Shown here piece by piece: positions 32,188 to 42,530 of a DNA stretch of 64,000 bases (the first letter of the stretch is position 1; each line of letters begins with the position of its first letter). The translations under genes and the position numbers were made by a program. The notes below the pieces were generated by a model. The model saw only the letters and a program-made list of their open reading frames with translations, made no database searches and was not told the DNA's origin. This stretch comes from Histomonas meleagridis 2922-C6/04-290x (taxonomy: Eukaryota; Protista; Parabasalia). The stretch lies in the NCBI GenBank assembly GCA_020184695.1, contig JAANOX010000074.1:1-64000 (forward strand), given 5' to 3'.

Positions 32188-35100
32188 TTACATGAAAAAT
32201 ATTTCGTCATAATATGAGTCATAATTTACATCACCTTGATTTCCTTCTTCAATAGAAAGCATTTTAGCTATTTCTTTATTTGATGCATATTGGCATGCAG
32301 ACCAAAATATATTAAACAATTTCCAAATATTTTTATAAAATCCATAATCATTAAAATAAATTTTGAAATAAACATATAAATATCTTTGGCTGTTAAATCT
32401 ATTTCATCTTGTTCTAGAAGTAATTGAATGACTTCTTTGTAGCCATTTTGTGATGCAGACATAAGCGCTGTTTTAAATAATTTAAATAATTTCCAAATAT
32501 TATTTTAAATTATCAAATTATAACAAGAAACTTTTTAATTAAATTTTTAAACATTTTTAGAATTGATATTAATTCCCTTTTGCGCAAGAAGTAATTTAAC
32601 AATTTTTTTATGTCCACATTGTGATGCATACATAAGTGCTGTTTTAAATCATTTATATAATTTCCTGATAATATTTTGAAACTTCAAATTATATAAATAA
32701 ATCCAAAATGAAATTAATGAATATCTTTAGCATTAATATCAATTCCTTTTTGTTCAATAATTAATTTCGCTATTTCTACAAAACCATTATAAGATGCATT
32801 CATTAATGCATTACAAAACACTTTAAATAAATACCAAATATTGTTTTGAAACAGTGAAATATTGAAATGAATATTGATTGAGATAAATTAATATCTTGAG
32901 CATTTACATCAATTCCCCTTTTTTCAAGAAGTAATTTAACTATTTCTGCTTTATCATTTATGACTGCAAGCATAAGTGCAGTATTATGAATTTTGAATAA
33001 TTTCCAAATACTGTTTGAAAATATTAAATTATCATGGTAAATATTAGGGGAAATGATGAAACATCTTTAACATTTACATCAATTTCTTTTTGCTCAAGAA
33101 GTAATTTAACTATTTCTTCTTTATCATTTATTACTGCTAGCATAAGTGCAGTATTATGTAATTTAAATAATTTCCAAATACTATTTGAAAAGATCAAATG
33201 ATTTAAATAGATAGTATTTATAGCAAATAAACATTTTTATCATTAATGTTCATATCTTTTTTATTAAGTAGTAATTTTAATATATCTAAATTGAGACTAA
33301 TAAGAACTGCTTTCATAAGTAGTGTGATAAATAATTTGAAAAAATTTTAAATAAAACTATTAATTATTAAATTAATGAAATATTTTTTATAAGAATTTAA
33401 TAAATATATCTAGTCGAAATATCAATTCTTTCTTGTTCAAGAAGCATTTTAACTATTTCTATACGTTTAGTTTCTAATGACCACATAAGTGCAGTTACAA
33501 ATAATTTAAATAATTTCCAAATATTATTTTGAAATGTTAAATTATCAAAATAAATATTAAATAAAATAAATAAACATTTTTATCATTAATATCAATTCCT
33601 TTTTGTTCAAGAAGTAATTTAACTATTTCTTTGTGACCGTTTCGAGATGCCATTATCAGTGCTGTACCAAATAATTTAAATAATTTCTATATATTATTTT
33701 GGAATGTTAAATTATCAAAATAAACATTAAATAAAATAAATAAATATCTTTAACATTAATATCAATTCCTTCTTGTTCAAGAAGTAATTTAACGATTTCT
33801 GGATAACCATTTTCAGCTGCATGCGTAAGCGCAGTTTTATATATTTAAAATTATTTCCAAATAATTTTTTTATTCTAAAAATCAATTGAATAAAAATTAT
33901 ATAAATCTAACAAATATCCCTAGAATTGATATTGATACCCTTTTTCTCAAGAAGTAATATAACTATTTCAGTATTACCTTTATAAGATGCAATTGTAAGT
34001 GCTGTACAATATGTTACAATTAATCATTATATATATATTATGAAATATAAAATCATTTTTATAGATTTTATATATAACAAATCAATGTCTTTATCATTGA
34101 TATTAATTCCATTTTGTTCAAGAAGTATTTTGACAATATCAGTAAAACCATAATAAGATGCATTTATAAGTGCTGTATTAAATAATATAAAAAAAATTTA
34201 AATTGAATATTAAAACATACAAAAATATATTAATAAAATATTTCTTTCATTGATATCAATTGACTTTTGTTCTAATATATATCGAACAAGTTCAATATTC
34301 CCCGATTCTATAGAAAAAACTAAAATATCTTTTGGAAGCTGATTAAATTTTTGAAAATATTTAACCAGAAATAAATTTCCAATTCTTGCTGCTTCATTAA
34401 AAATACCATCATTGATTGTTAATCCTCTATCTTGTAAAAATGATAAAATTTCATAGTCATGATATAAAATACATTTAATACTTAAACTTTCTATAAAAGA
34501 ATTCAACTCTTCTAATTTATTTTCATAAATATATTTAAAGATATCATTCCTATGGAATTCAATTGCAGTTTCATATGCACCTTCAAATGATGAATGATTT
34601 TGTTCACATAAATGAATGATTTCTTCATTTCCACCTGCAACTGCATATTTACCTGTTTTATATACATTTGCACCATTCATAAGTAGATATTTAAAACATT
34701 TAACTGAAGAAAAAAATGCTGTATAATCAATTAATGTAACATTTTCTTGATTAATAAATGAACATATTTCATAAAGTGATTGTTCAATTGTTTGATTAAA
34801 ATCAAAATTACTTTGTGATGATATTTCTTGAAGTTTTTCGATTTCATCATTTCGTATTATTTTCGCAATTTCTATTGGATTATGTCCATCCTCAATTAAT
34901 TGCTTGTGAAGTTTCCAATTGTCCTTTGAAAGCTTATCATAATTTTCCAAAAAGTTATGACAAAAATTATCATAATATTTATGTTTACTTTCCTCTTCTG
35001 TTTTGTAATGTGCAAAATATTTTGATTTAATACTTTTTGTAATTTTTGAATCAATTAAGTTTTTTTCAATCATGTTATAAAGAAAATAATATGATTCTTG

Positions 35101-35406
35101 TGATTTTTTATTTAAAATTGTTTGAACAAAAATATTAAAAATTTGAAATTTGTATTTATTTGATTCCTCTAATTTTTCTATTTCCTTGATAAAATCCAAA
35201 TATATATTAAAGTCATTCAAGCGTGCTACAAATGATGAATATATCATTTGACTTATAATTATATTAAAAGATTCTATATAATTATTATCAATAACTGCCT
35301 GAGCAGCTTGAGTAATGTTTTCTTTGTTTATATTTGAAATTATTTTCATAGAAAATTGAAGATATTTCCATTCATTGATATTTGGTTGCATTGGCTGATA
35401 ACTCAA
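32188..35406 (-). CDS. Locus B: DUF3447-like + ankyrin gene continued as 12 spacer-interrupted ankyrin blocks
   Basis: 398-aa ORF (TLIDYTAFFSSVKCFKYLL, KYAVAGGNEEIIHLCEQ, AIEFHRNDIF) ends inside spacer 1. Twelve stop-free blocks follow; the last ends ...DSYYDEIFFM* at 32188. The full-length product is inferred. Confidence 0.75.
32302..34239 (-). repeat. Ankyrin block + spacer tandem array (locus B)
   Basis: Spacer lengths 5'->3': 63,81,80,80,80,80,80,80,80,80,81,80 nt (e.g. 33836-33915, 33496-33575, 32643-32722, 32302-32381). Confidence 0.92.
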
Positions 35407-35523
35407 ATTGATATCAAGTTGAAAAATATTTTTTACACATTAGGAAACTTTTTGACTGTTTAATTTCTAAAAAAATAAGTAATTTTATTAATCATAAATA
35501 TTCTTCCATTTTAGTAAATGGAG

Positions 35524-35596
35524 GGGACTCTAGCTCACCTGGGAGAGCACACGACTGAAGATCGTGAGGTACGTGGTTCGAGTCCGCGGAGTCCCA
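35524..35596 (+). tRNA. tRNA-Phe (GAA)
   Basis: Cloverleaf: GGGACTC/GAGTCCC acceptor, GCTC/GAGC D-stem, CACGA-CTGAAGA-TCGTG anticodon arm, TTCGAGT T-loop; oligo-T terminator follows. Confidence 0.95.
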
Positions 35597-36427
35597 TTTT
35601 TTTGATTTTTTGTTCAATTTCCATTTGATCCATTAATCCCAAAAATAAACAGACATAATGGCTCTTGCTTTTTCTACCAAAGCATCTATTAGAGTTCAAT
35701 TAATTTTTTTTACAATTCAAAATGCATTTTTAACCATCTAACAAAAATGCTCATTGTCATTCCTTTATGGTAAAGGAAGTTTGTTCACACGCTTTTTACT
35801 AAGCAGTTAAAAATAAACAGATTTTTTTGTTATCAAGATCTCCATCACAAGAATTACAAAAAATTCAATCATCACCGCCTGAGTAAGAACCCATTATCCC
35901 AAGGTATTCATATAAAGATGTTGGTGGTCTTGAATTTCAAAAAGCAATAGAAATCGCAATTAGAAATTCAAAGGAACATGAATGGTTTCTTGTAATTCAA
36001 AGTCACTTTGATGATGCTGTAGGTGTAATCATAGAATCTAAAACGAAAGTTAATGCCAGGCCAAAAGTTCAAATTCCTTTTATTGAATAAATATGAATAT
36101 TAAATGAAATATTCAGATCACTAAACTTCCATTATATAATGAAGGTGTTAACTTTTTTATGTTTGTGATTGCAAAATTCTGATGCATGAGTAGTAAATAT
36201 TTTTGGAAGAATTATACTCAAAAAAGGGGTACGATAATTTAAGGTTATGTGATAAGAGTGTGCAATAAAACCAGCTTTTGTTGTTGGGATCATGGATAAT
36301 GTTGATGTTAATAACATCGAATACTTTAGTCGAACATTAGATTGCTTAGATGTTCATGTGCGTAACCCAATCTACTGTAGATCTAACGGTTGTATCGTTT
36401 GACAAGGTACCCCGTTTATAAGCACCA

Positions 36428-39400
36428 ATGGATTCGATTTCTGAGATTAAAACAGAAAACAAAATTGATATTCCTACCATCTCCAAGAACCTATATAATT
36501 TCCGTGTAACTATGAATTCTTCCATGCTTAGTGCATTTCCGGAAGAAAAAATTATAGAAATTTTTAAAAAAATCTTTCTTCAATTAATGAAATGCTGTGA
36601 ATTCGATTCCCCATCCATAATCGTATCTACATACTCGGCTACAACTGCTTTTTTAACAAAGCTCATTCGTTTTTATCCAAATGAAATACAAAAAGCTTTT
36701 TACAAAGTAGTAACAGAAGCACCAGTAAAATCCAACGCATCCACCCTTGTTATTGCATCTTTTGCATTTATTACCAACTTTATTGCTAAACCATATCTTG
36801 ACGATTATGTCAATAGTCTACCGATATATCATCTTTTTGTAAATTCTGAATCTGACCATCTTCCAACAATAATATCTAATCTCCCACAAATTGATTCTCA
36901 ATGGTTTTTATCATTACTTGAATATTTTGTACGTGATTTCAAGAAAACACATAATTCCAAAATAATGTTACCAATTCTTAAGATCATTGAACGTGATCCC
37001 AACACAATGATTCTTCCTGTTTTATCAAGTGGCGAAATATCTTTGATTTCATATGTATTATCGTCGATAAATAAACCTCTCGATCCGAAAATTGACTTAT
37101 TAACGGTCGCGACCTCTGCCTTAAACGGCCTCGCGACTGCCAAGAATTCAGAAGTTGATGATTGTCTTGTAATATTATCATACCATCATCCATCATTTAA
37201 TCTTAAGTTAGAATTAAATTCCGATAATACTGAACTTAAATTAATTCTCTCAGATAAAGAATCCACAACACTTTTAATTAATAATTATAAAAACATTCCA
37301 TCGTTTTATTTATTACAATTACCAATTACAATATTAACACCTAAAGAAGAAGATTCATTACAAATATTAACCAGTAAATTCAAAACACTTTCATATGAAA
37401 TTAATAATTCCATTTTAGATGTTAATGAAACTATTGAACTATTTGATGAAATTACGCAATATGATAATGATAAAAGTAATTTAAAGTTATTATGTATTAA
37501 ATGTATTTCCGAAATTATAAATACACTTTTAACAAATGCTAAAGATCATAAAATAATATCTATAATTCGTCGAATTTTATTTGAAACTAAATTTGTTTCA
37601 TGGGTACATTGTATGAACATCTTGAAAGTGATTGAGAAAATCGAATTTAATTTATCCGATTATATAAGTAATCATGAAATCATTCATTTATTACTTAAAT
37701 TTATGATGAATAAGAATGAAAAACTTTCGTTTTCATCAATGAAATTAATTGTTACATTATCCGAGAAAAACTTTTATTTAGTAACTAACATTGTCTCACA
37801 TAACATTGATTTCTTTTCTAATAAATCGGTACAAAAACATTTGAAACTTTTAGCGATGATATTAAAGAATAACAACTTTTCGAATTCTAAGACACATTTA
37901 ACATGGATTATCCAATTAATTACTGAGAACAAACAAGAATATATTTATGATCTTAAAACCATTTCATATATATTTGATTTCTTACAATATTTTAATTATG
38001 AGAAAACTTGTTTCAAGAAAATCGCTTTTAGTATATTAGCATTATCTGTTAATTATCTTAAAGGAATTGATTGCACTAAAAAAGTATATCAAAAGTATTC
38101 ATATTTCGATAATGCAGTGATTGAATATATGAATTTAAAGTCATATGAAATCATATCTAAAAATGTCTTTAAATTCGAAAATCAATATCCGTTATTACGT
38201 AATGCTTATAACTTCTTAATGGAACAAAAGTTATCTCGAGCTCGATTTTACTTTTTAGTTGATACATTTTATGAATTTTTCCCATCGAAATCAATACAAA
38301 AAATAATCGAATTTCGTGATCAGAAATTAATGCAACGAATTATTAACAAAATTAATATTATCACTGATTCACATTTAATAGCATTAATAATACGGAAAAT
38401 TGATAATGAACAATTTGAAACATTTGCAAATTATTATTTAAATCATCCAAATCAAGTTGACACTGATGATTTATTAGTGTTTGCAAATTATTTAAATAAA
38501 TTTGGTACAAAATATGAAAATAATATTTCACAATTCCTTAATCAAATGAAAGATATTAATGAAACAAAAACTGATAAAAAAGATAAAATAATTTTATCAA
38601 ATAATTTAGCTGTTAAAAGAAATAATGATGATCTTAATGACATGTTTAATTATTCGTATAATATTTCATCAATTAAATCACAAAAGTTTTATTTGTTATT
38701 ATCAGCAATTCATCGATTTAAGATTACAATCAATGAAAATTATAACTTATCAATAAAAATCATTAAATTCATAACGAAACATAACATTAAGTTAAATAAT
38801 TCTAATCAAATATTAAAGGATTATATATTAAATATTATTAATAAAAGACAAATTCGTAAAAAAGATTTAATGAAATTAAGTAAATTAATTCCATTAATAA
38901 ACGATGATATTCCTGAATTATATAAATTCATTTCCGAACAATTTAATGATCCGAAACATTATCAAATTAAAATAATTTTAACTTCTTTGTTGGTATTACG
39001 ATCAAAAGACATACCAAATGAATTTGTTGATTCAATATTTAATGTAATTAAAACAAATACTAATGAATTATCAATCAGAGAGACTTCGTTTTGTTTGGTT
39101 TTTCTTTCGGAAAAAATTAAATTTAATGAACAACAAAACTCGATAATGCGATCATTGTTTAGTTTTTGTGGATTATTAACTACTGAAATTTCATTGTTGT
39201 ATTCCATTATAATATCTCAGGCTCAATCGTCTAACTCTAAATTTGTTATAGGTAACTTAAATCATCAAATTTCAATGTTCTTCGACTCTGAAATCCCATC
39301 GTACTATTGTAACGGTATCCGTCTCCTCAGAAAATGTTTAAGTTCAATGAATTCGAAACAGTTCACTAAAATAATTGAACCGTCATTTGAATTGATCATT

Positions 39401-40078
39401 GAAAAAGCACTTTTTCATAAGTCTATTTACCAAGTCAATAAAATCACAGCAATGTTCCTCAATTCTATATTACAAAGAGATTTACCGAAACTTCATTATG
39501 AAATTAATAAGAACATCACCGATCTAATCCCTTCTTCAAGATTATATATCCTTTTAATTCCTCAGTTATTACGAATTAATGTTGACAATGATGAGTTTTT
39601 CATAAAGCTATCAAATGCAGCAGATTCAATTTTGAACGAAAAACAGTTTGATTTGATTCAAATTTACTTCGATTCAATTTTGACAAGTATTGAAAACGTG
39701 GAAAACCGTCGGGCGTCTTCTTTAAGATGTACACCATTATTTATCGAAAGTATTCGTGGATATGATAGTTATAACATGAATGTAATTATAGAGAAATGGT
39801 TAACATTTATGAAGAAGAATGTTAATGATGAAGAAATTTTGAAGATAATGTGTCAAAATATGATGAACAATTTCCGAAGGTTTTTCCCATTTTTCCATGA
39901 GTTTGCGAAAGAGTTTTTGAAGTGTAAGGAAAAGAATGAAAGTTTTTGTGATGACATAATAAAATTAGCAATTGAAAATCAAAAAGATGAAACACATAAA
40001 TGCGCATTAGAATTATTGTCTGCTAATAATGTAGCTGAGGCATTAGACATTGCATTACTTGAACCTAAATTTATATAA
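36428..40078 (+). CDS. Large hypothetical helical-repeat (HEAT-like) protein
   Basis: 1216-aa uninterrupted ORF rich in I/L/N/K; no family recognised. Confidence 0.7.
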   Translation: MDSISEIKTENKIDIPTISKNLYNFRVTMNSSMLSAFPEEKIIEIFKKIFLQLMKCCEFDSPSIIVSTYSATTAFLTKLIRFYPNEIQKAFYKVVTEAPVKSNASTLVIASFAFITNFIAKPYLDDYVNSLPIYHLFVNSESDHLPTIISNLPQIDSQWFLSLLEYFVRDFKKTHNSKIMLPILKIIERDPNTMILPVLSSGEISLISYVLSSINKPLDPKIDLLTVATSALNGLATAKNSEVDDCLVILSYHHPSFNLKLELNSDNTELKLILSDKESTTLLINNYKNIPSFYLLQLPITILTPKEEDSLQILTSKFKTLSYEINNSILDVNETIELFDEITQYDNDKSNLKLLCIKCISEIINTLLTNAKDHKIISIIRRILFETKFVSWVHCMNILKVIEKIEFNLSDYISNHEIIHLLLKFMMNKNEKLSFSSMKLIVTLSEKNFYLVTNIVSHNIDFFSNKSVQKHLKLLAMILKNNNFSNSKTHLTWIIQLITENKQEYIYDLKTISYIFDFLQYFNYEKTCFKKIAFSILALSVNYLKGIDCTKKVYQKYSYFDNAVIEYMNLKSYEIISKNVFKFENQYPLLRNAYNFLMEQKLSRARFYFLVDTFYEFFPSKSIQKIIEFRDQKLMQRIINKINIITDSHLIALIIRKIDNEQFETFANYYLNHPNQVDTDDLLVFANYLNKFGTKYENNISQFLNQMKDINETKTDKKDKIILSNNLAVKRNNDDLNDMFNYSYNISSIKSQKFYLLLSAIHRFKITINENYNLSIKIIKFITKHNIKLNNSNQILKDYILNIINKRQIRKKDLMKLSKLIPLINDDIPELYKFISEQFNDPKHYQIKIILTSLLVLRSKDIPNEFVDSIFNVIKTNTNELSIRETSFCLVFLSEKIKFNEQQNSIMRSLFSFCGLLTTEISLLYSIIISQAQSSNSKFVIGNLNHQISMFFDSEIPSYYCNGIRLLRKCLSSMNSKQFTKIIEPSFELIIEKALFHKSIYQVNKITAMFLNSILQRDLPKLHYEINKNITDLIPSSRLYILLIPQLLRINVDNDEFFIKLSNAADSILNEKQFDLIQIYFDSILTSIENVENRRASSLRCTPLFIESIRGYDSYNMNVIIEKWLTFMKKNVNDEEILKIMCQNMMNNFRRFFPFFHEFAKEFLKCKEKNESFCDDIIKLAIENQKDETHKCALELLSANNVAEALDIALLEPKFI

Positions 40079-40473
40079 ACAAAACACGTAATCTTTTGTT
40101 TTTTTAAAATTTGATGATGAATAAAAGTGAGTTCATTATTAATTTCTTGTTTTTTGGTTGATACACTGAAAGATGCTAAGTTTTTTGTTCGCCCAGAATT
40201 TTGATTCAAAAGAGATGCAATCGGAATTGAGCGAAAACAATCGGAATTTCTATGGGAAATGAAGCGTACTGATTGAAATCAATATCACCCGTACAATTTG
40301 CGCAAGTTGCCAAAACACCGCAAAATTTGTGGAATCTTTTCCCATCTCCCCTTTGCTTTTAGAAAAGGTTTTTTGTGGATATTTTTAATAACCGCAATTC
40401 CCCAGAATTTTCCTACAGTCTTTTATTCAAATCTGCGTTGCTTTCAGTTGACTACTTAGAATTTTGAATACCG

Positions 40474-41274
40474 TTGAATATTCATTTGATGCTTCGAGGC
40501 GCAAGCATATTAGTTGATGTAGCAATGGGCTTTATCATTGACACACAACTCAAGTTCACAGATGAAGAACTTTCGACATTCCGAGAAATATTTTATCAGT
40601 TGATTACAAAGAAAATTTCTCGTGAACAAGCACGTTCTCGTCTTCTTTCAATATGTAAAGTCGAAGACCCTTATACAAGAATTTGTGCAATCTTAGATAC
40701 TGAGTTTCAACCAATTCCACCAGCTCCTAATGATGTGGTAGATAATTATGTCACAAGGAAAAAAACTAGAACATGGAATATTAACGAAGATAATAGACTT
40801 TATATGGGTGTATGTTTGTTTGGACCTGAAAATTGGAATGAAATTACCCCTTTTGTAGGTAATGGGAGACTTAGAAGTCAATGTTCTCAAAGATGGTTAA
40901 GGGTTCTTGATCCAAAAATATCAAAATCTGCTTGGTCTTATGAAGAAGATTCAATGTTAATTTATTTGGTAAATCTTTTTGGTGAAAAAAGTTGGATGAG
41001 AGTATCAAACCAAATTGGTACAAGAAGTGATGTTCAATGTAGATACAGATATCAACAACTTCAAAAAGAAATTAAAGAAGCAAAAGGTAATGGAGAAGTC
41101 CAAAAAGAAAAAAAGATAAGTAACGAAAAGGATTTACAAAATCCACCAACTAATCAGACTTCTAATATGCAAGAATTACAAATTCCTTTGAACGAACCTA
41201 TACCAAACATTACTAACTCTTTTGGATTATTCCAATCGAATTCTTTATTTGATTCAACAATTTGGCTTAACTAA
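40474..41274 (+). CDS. R2R3 Myb transcription factor
   Basis: TRTWNINEDNRL...GPENWNEI...GRLRSQCSQRW and WSYEED...GEKSWMRVS...TRSDVQCRYRY repeats. True ATG is probably slightly downstream (ORF track uses a TTG). Confidence 0.9.
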   Translation: MNIHLMLRGASILVDVAMGFIIDTQLKFTDEELSTFREIFYQLITKKISREQARSRLLSICKVEDPYTRICAILDTEFQPIPPAPNDVVDNYVTRKKTRTWNINEDNRLYMGVCLFGPENWNEITPFVGNGRLRSQCSQRWLRVLDPKISKSAWSYEEDSMLIYLVNLFGEKSWMRVSNQIGTRSDVQCRYRYQQLQKEIKEAKGNGEVQKEKKISNEKDLQNPPTNQTSNMQELQIPLNEPIPNITNSFGLFQSNSLFDSTIWLN

Positions 41275-41557
41275 ACTTTGATCCAAAAAAATTTTTATAT
41301 ATAAATTTTAATTTGCTGATTTTGATGAATTTTTTGATAAAACATCGAAATTTTTCTTTGTGGGAATCAAATTGGCAAGAACATTTTCATGAAAATCAAT
41401 TTATCTAATAAATATCATGAATTATAAATATTACAACAAAATTTTCAATTATATAAATAATAAGTGACTTATGAGTGAATTGAACATATCGGATTTTTCG
41501 ATTTTGTAAATCATGCAAATAAAACATGTTTTTCAATTCAATTTTTTATTCATAATT

Positions 41558-41731
41558 GATGCTGATGAACCAAATAATTTTGCTAATATTATTACTGGCA
41601 ACGAAAACTGGTTTAAATATGCATGGGCATCAAAGCCAGTTTCTGTCACACCAAAAGCTCTAATATTTTTACAAGAATACACTTCGCGCTGTTTACTTCG
41701 CTTTGCTCGGCAAACAATAAGAAATTTTTAA
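41558..41731 (+). mobile_element. Possible degraded Tc1/mariner transposase fragment
   Basis: NFANIITGNENWFKYAWASKPVSVTPK resembles mariner F..I.TGDE.W...W...TPK; no TIRs seen. Confidence 0.35.
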
Positions 41732-42025
41732 AATAAACTCAATGAGATATAGATATAAAATTATATAAAAGATAAGAGAAAAATATTGGGAACGATAAAA
41801 TATTGTGTTAATTTTAACAAAAACGCATAATCATATATAGTTAGAATATATCCTATTAAATAGAAAATAAAATAAATTTAATATAAAAAAGTGCATGTAA
41901 AAATAATAATAAATATAAATGAGGTAAGCGGGTCGTTATTAGATACTTTACCATATCGGCCAGCATGAAACATTATATTGACGGTTATGACCGATACACG
42001 TTCAAAATTTAATTGAATTTTTGCA

Positions 42026-42471
42026 ATGACGAAGAATTACACTCTTGTTCCATCAAATAAAATTGGCATTGGTGAAAATGTAATGCTTCGCGATCACTAT
42101 TGCCGTGTAACTGATGTTGATGTGTCTTACTCGGCTTTCACTACATCTAGATCATTTATTGGAACTGAACTTTCAACAGGGATTCAATATGCACAATAAT
42201 CTGGAAAACAAGAGGACATGGAGCGCATAATAATGTTATAGTTCCGAATGGCGAATATTATACTCTTATCGACATTGATGGAAATAATACAAAACTTCTT
42301 GATCTTCAAGGAAATATTCGTGACGATGTTAAACTTGGTGATGACGAACTTAGCCAAAAAATCAAATCAGATTTTATCGTTAGTCAAAGAATCGTAGTTA
42401 ATGTTCTTACATATAAAGGCAAGACCAAAATCATCGAATACAAAAAGGAATCGATGTGTGAAAGGCTTTAA
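42026..42471 (+). pseudogene. eIF5A-like pseudogene or divergent paralog
   Basis: MTKNYTLVPSNKIGIGENVMLRDHYCRVTDV...IGTELSTG, then HNNVIVPNGEYYTLIDIDG...IRDDVKL...VNVLTYKGKTKIIEYK aligns by eye with eIF5A. In-frame TAA at 42197-42199 and a frameshift near 42225. Confidence 0.7.
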
Positions 42472-42530
42472 AAAAACAATCTATATAAAAATTATATGAC
42501 TATATTATTTACTTATAAAAATCATAAGTG

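Noticed and set aside
32302-34239. Spacers as canonical GT-AG (or AT-AG at ACAG|CACTT) introns
   Set aside because: The first base varies between A and G (ATT/GTT). Many units have ACT GCA, AAT GCA or TCT GCA with no AG, there is no ACTAACACACAG, and splicing at ACAG would delete the ankyrin hairpin.
41918-41945. GTAAG...TTAG as a tiny intron upstream of the eIF5A-like gene
   Set aside because: About 19 nt with no branch motif, and removing it does not create a meaningful ORF.
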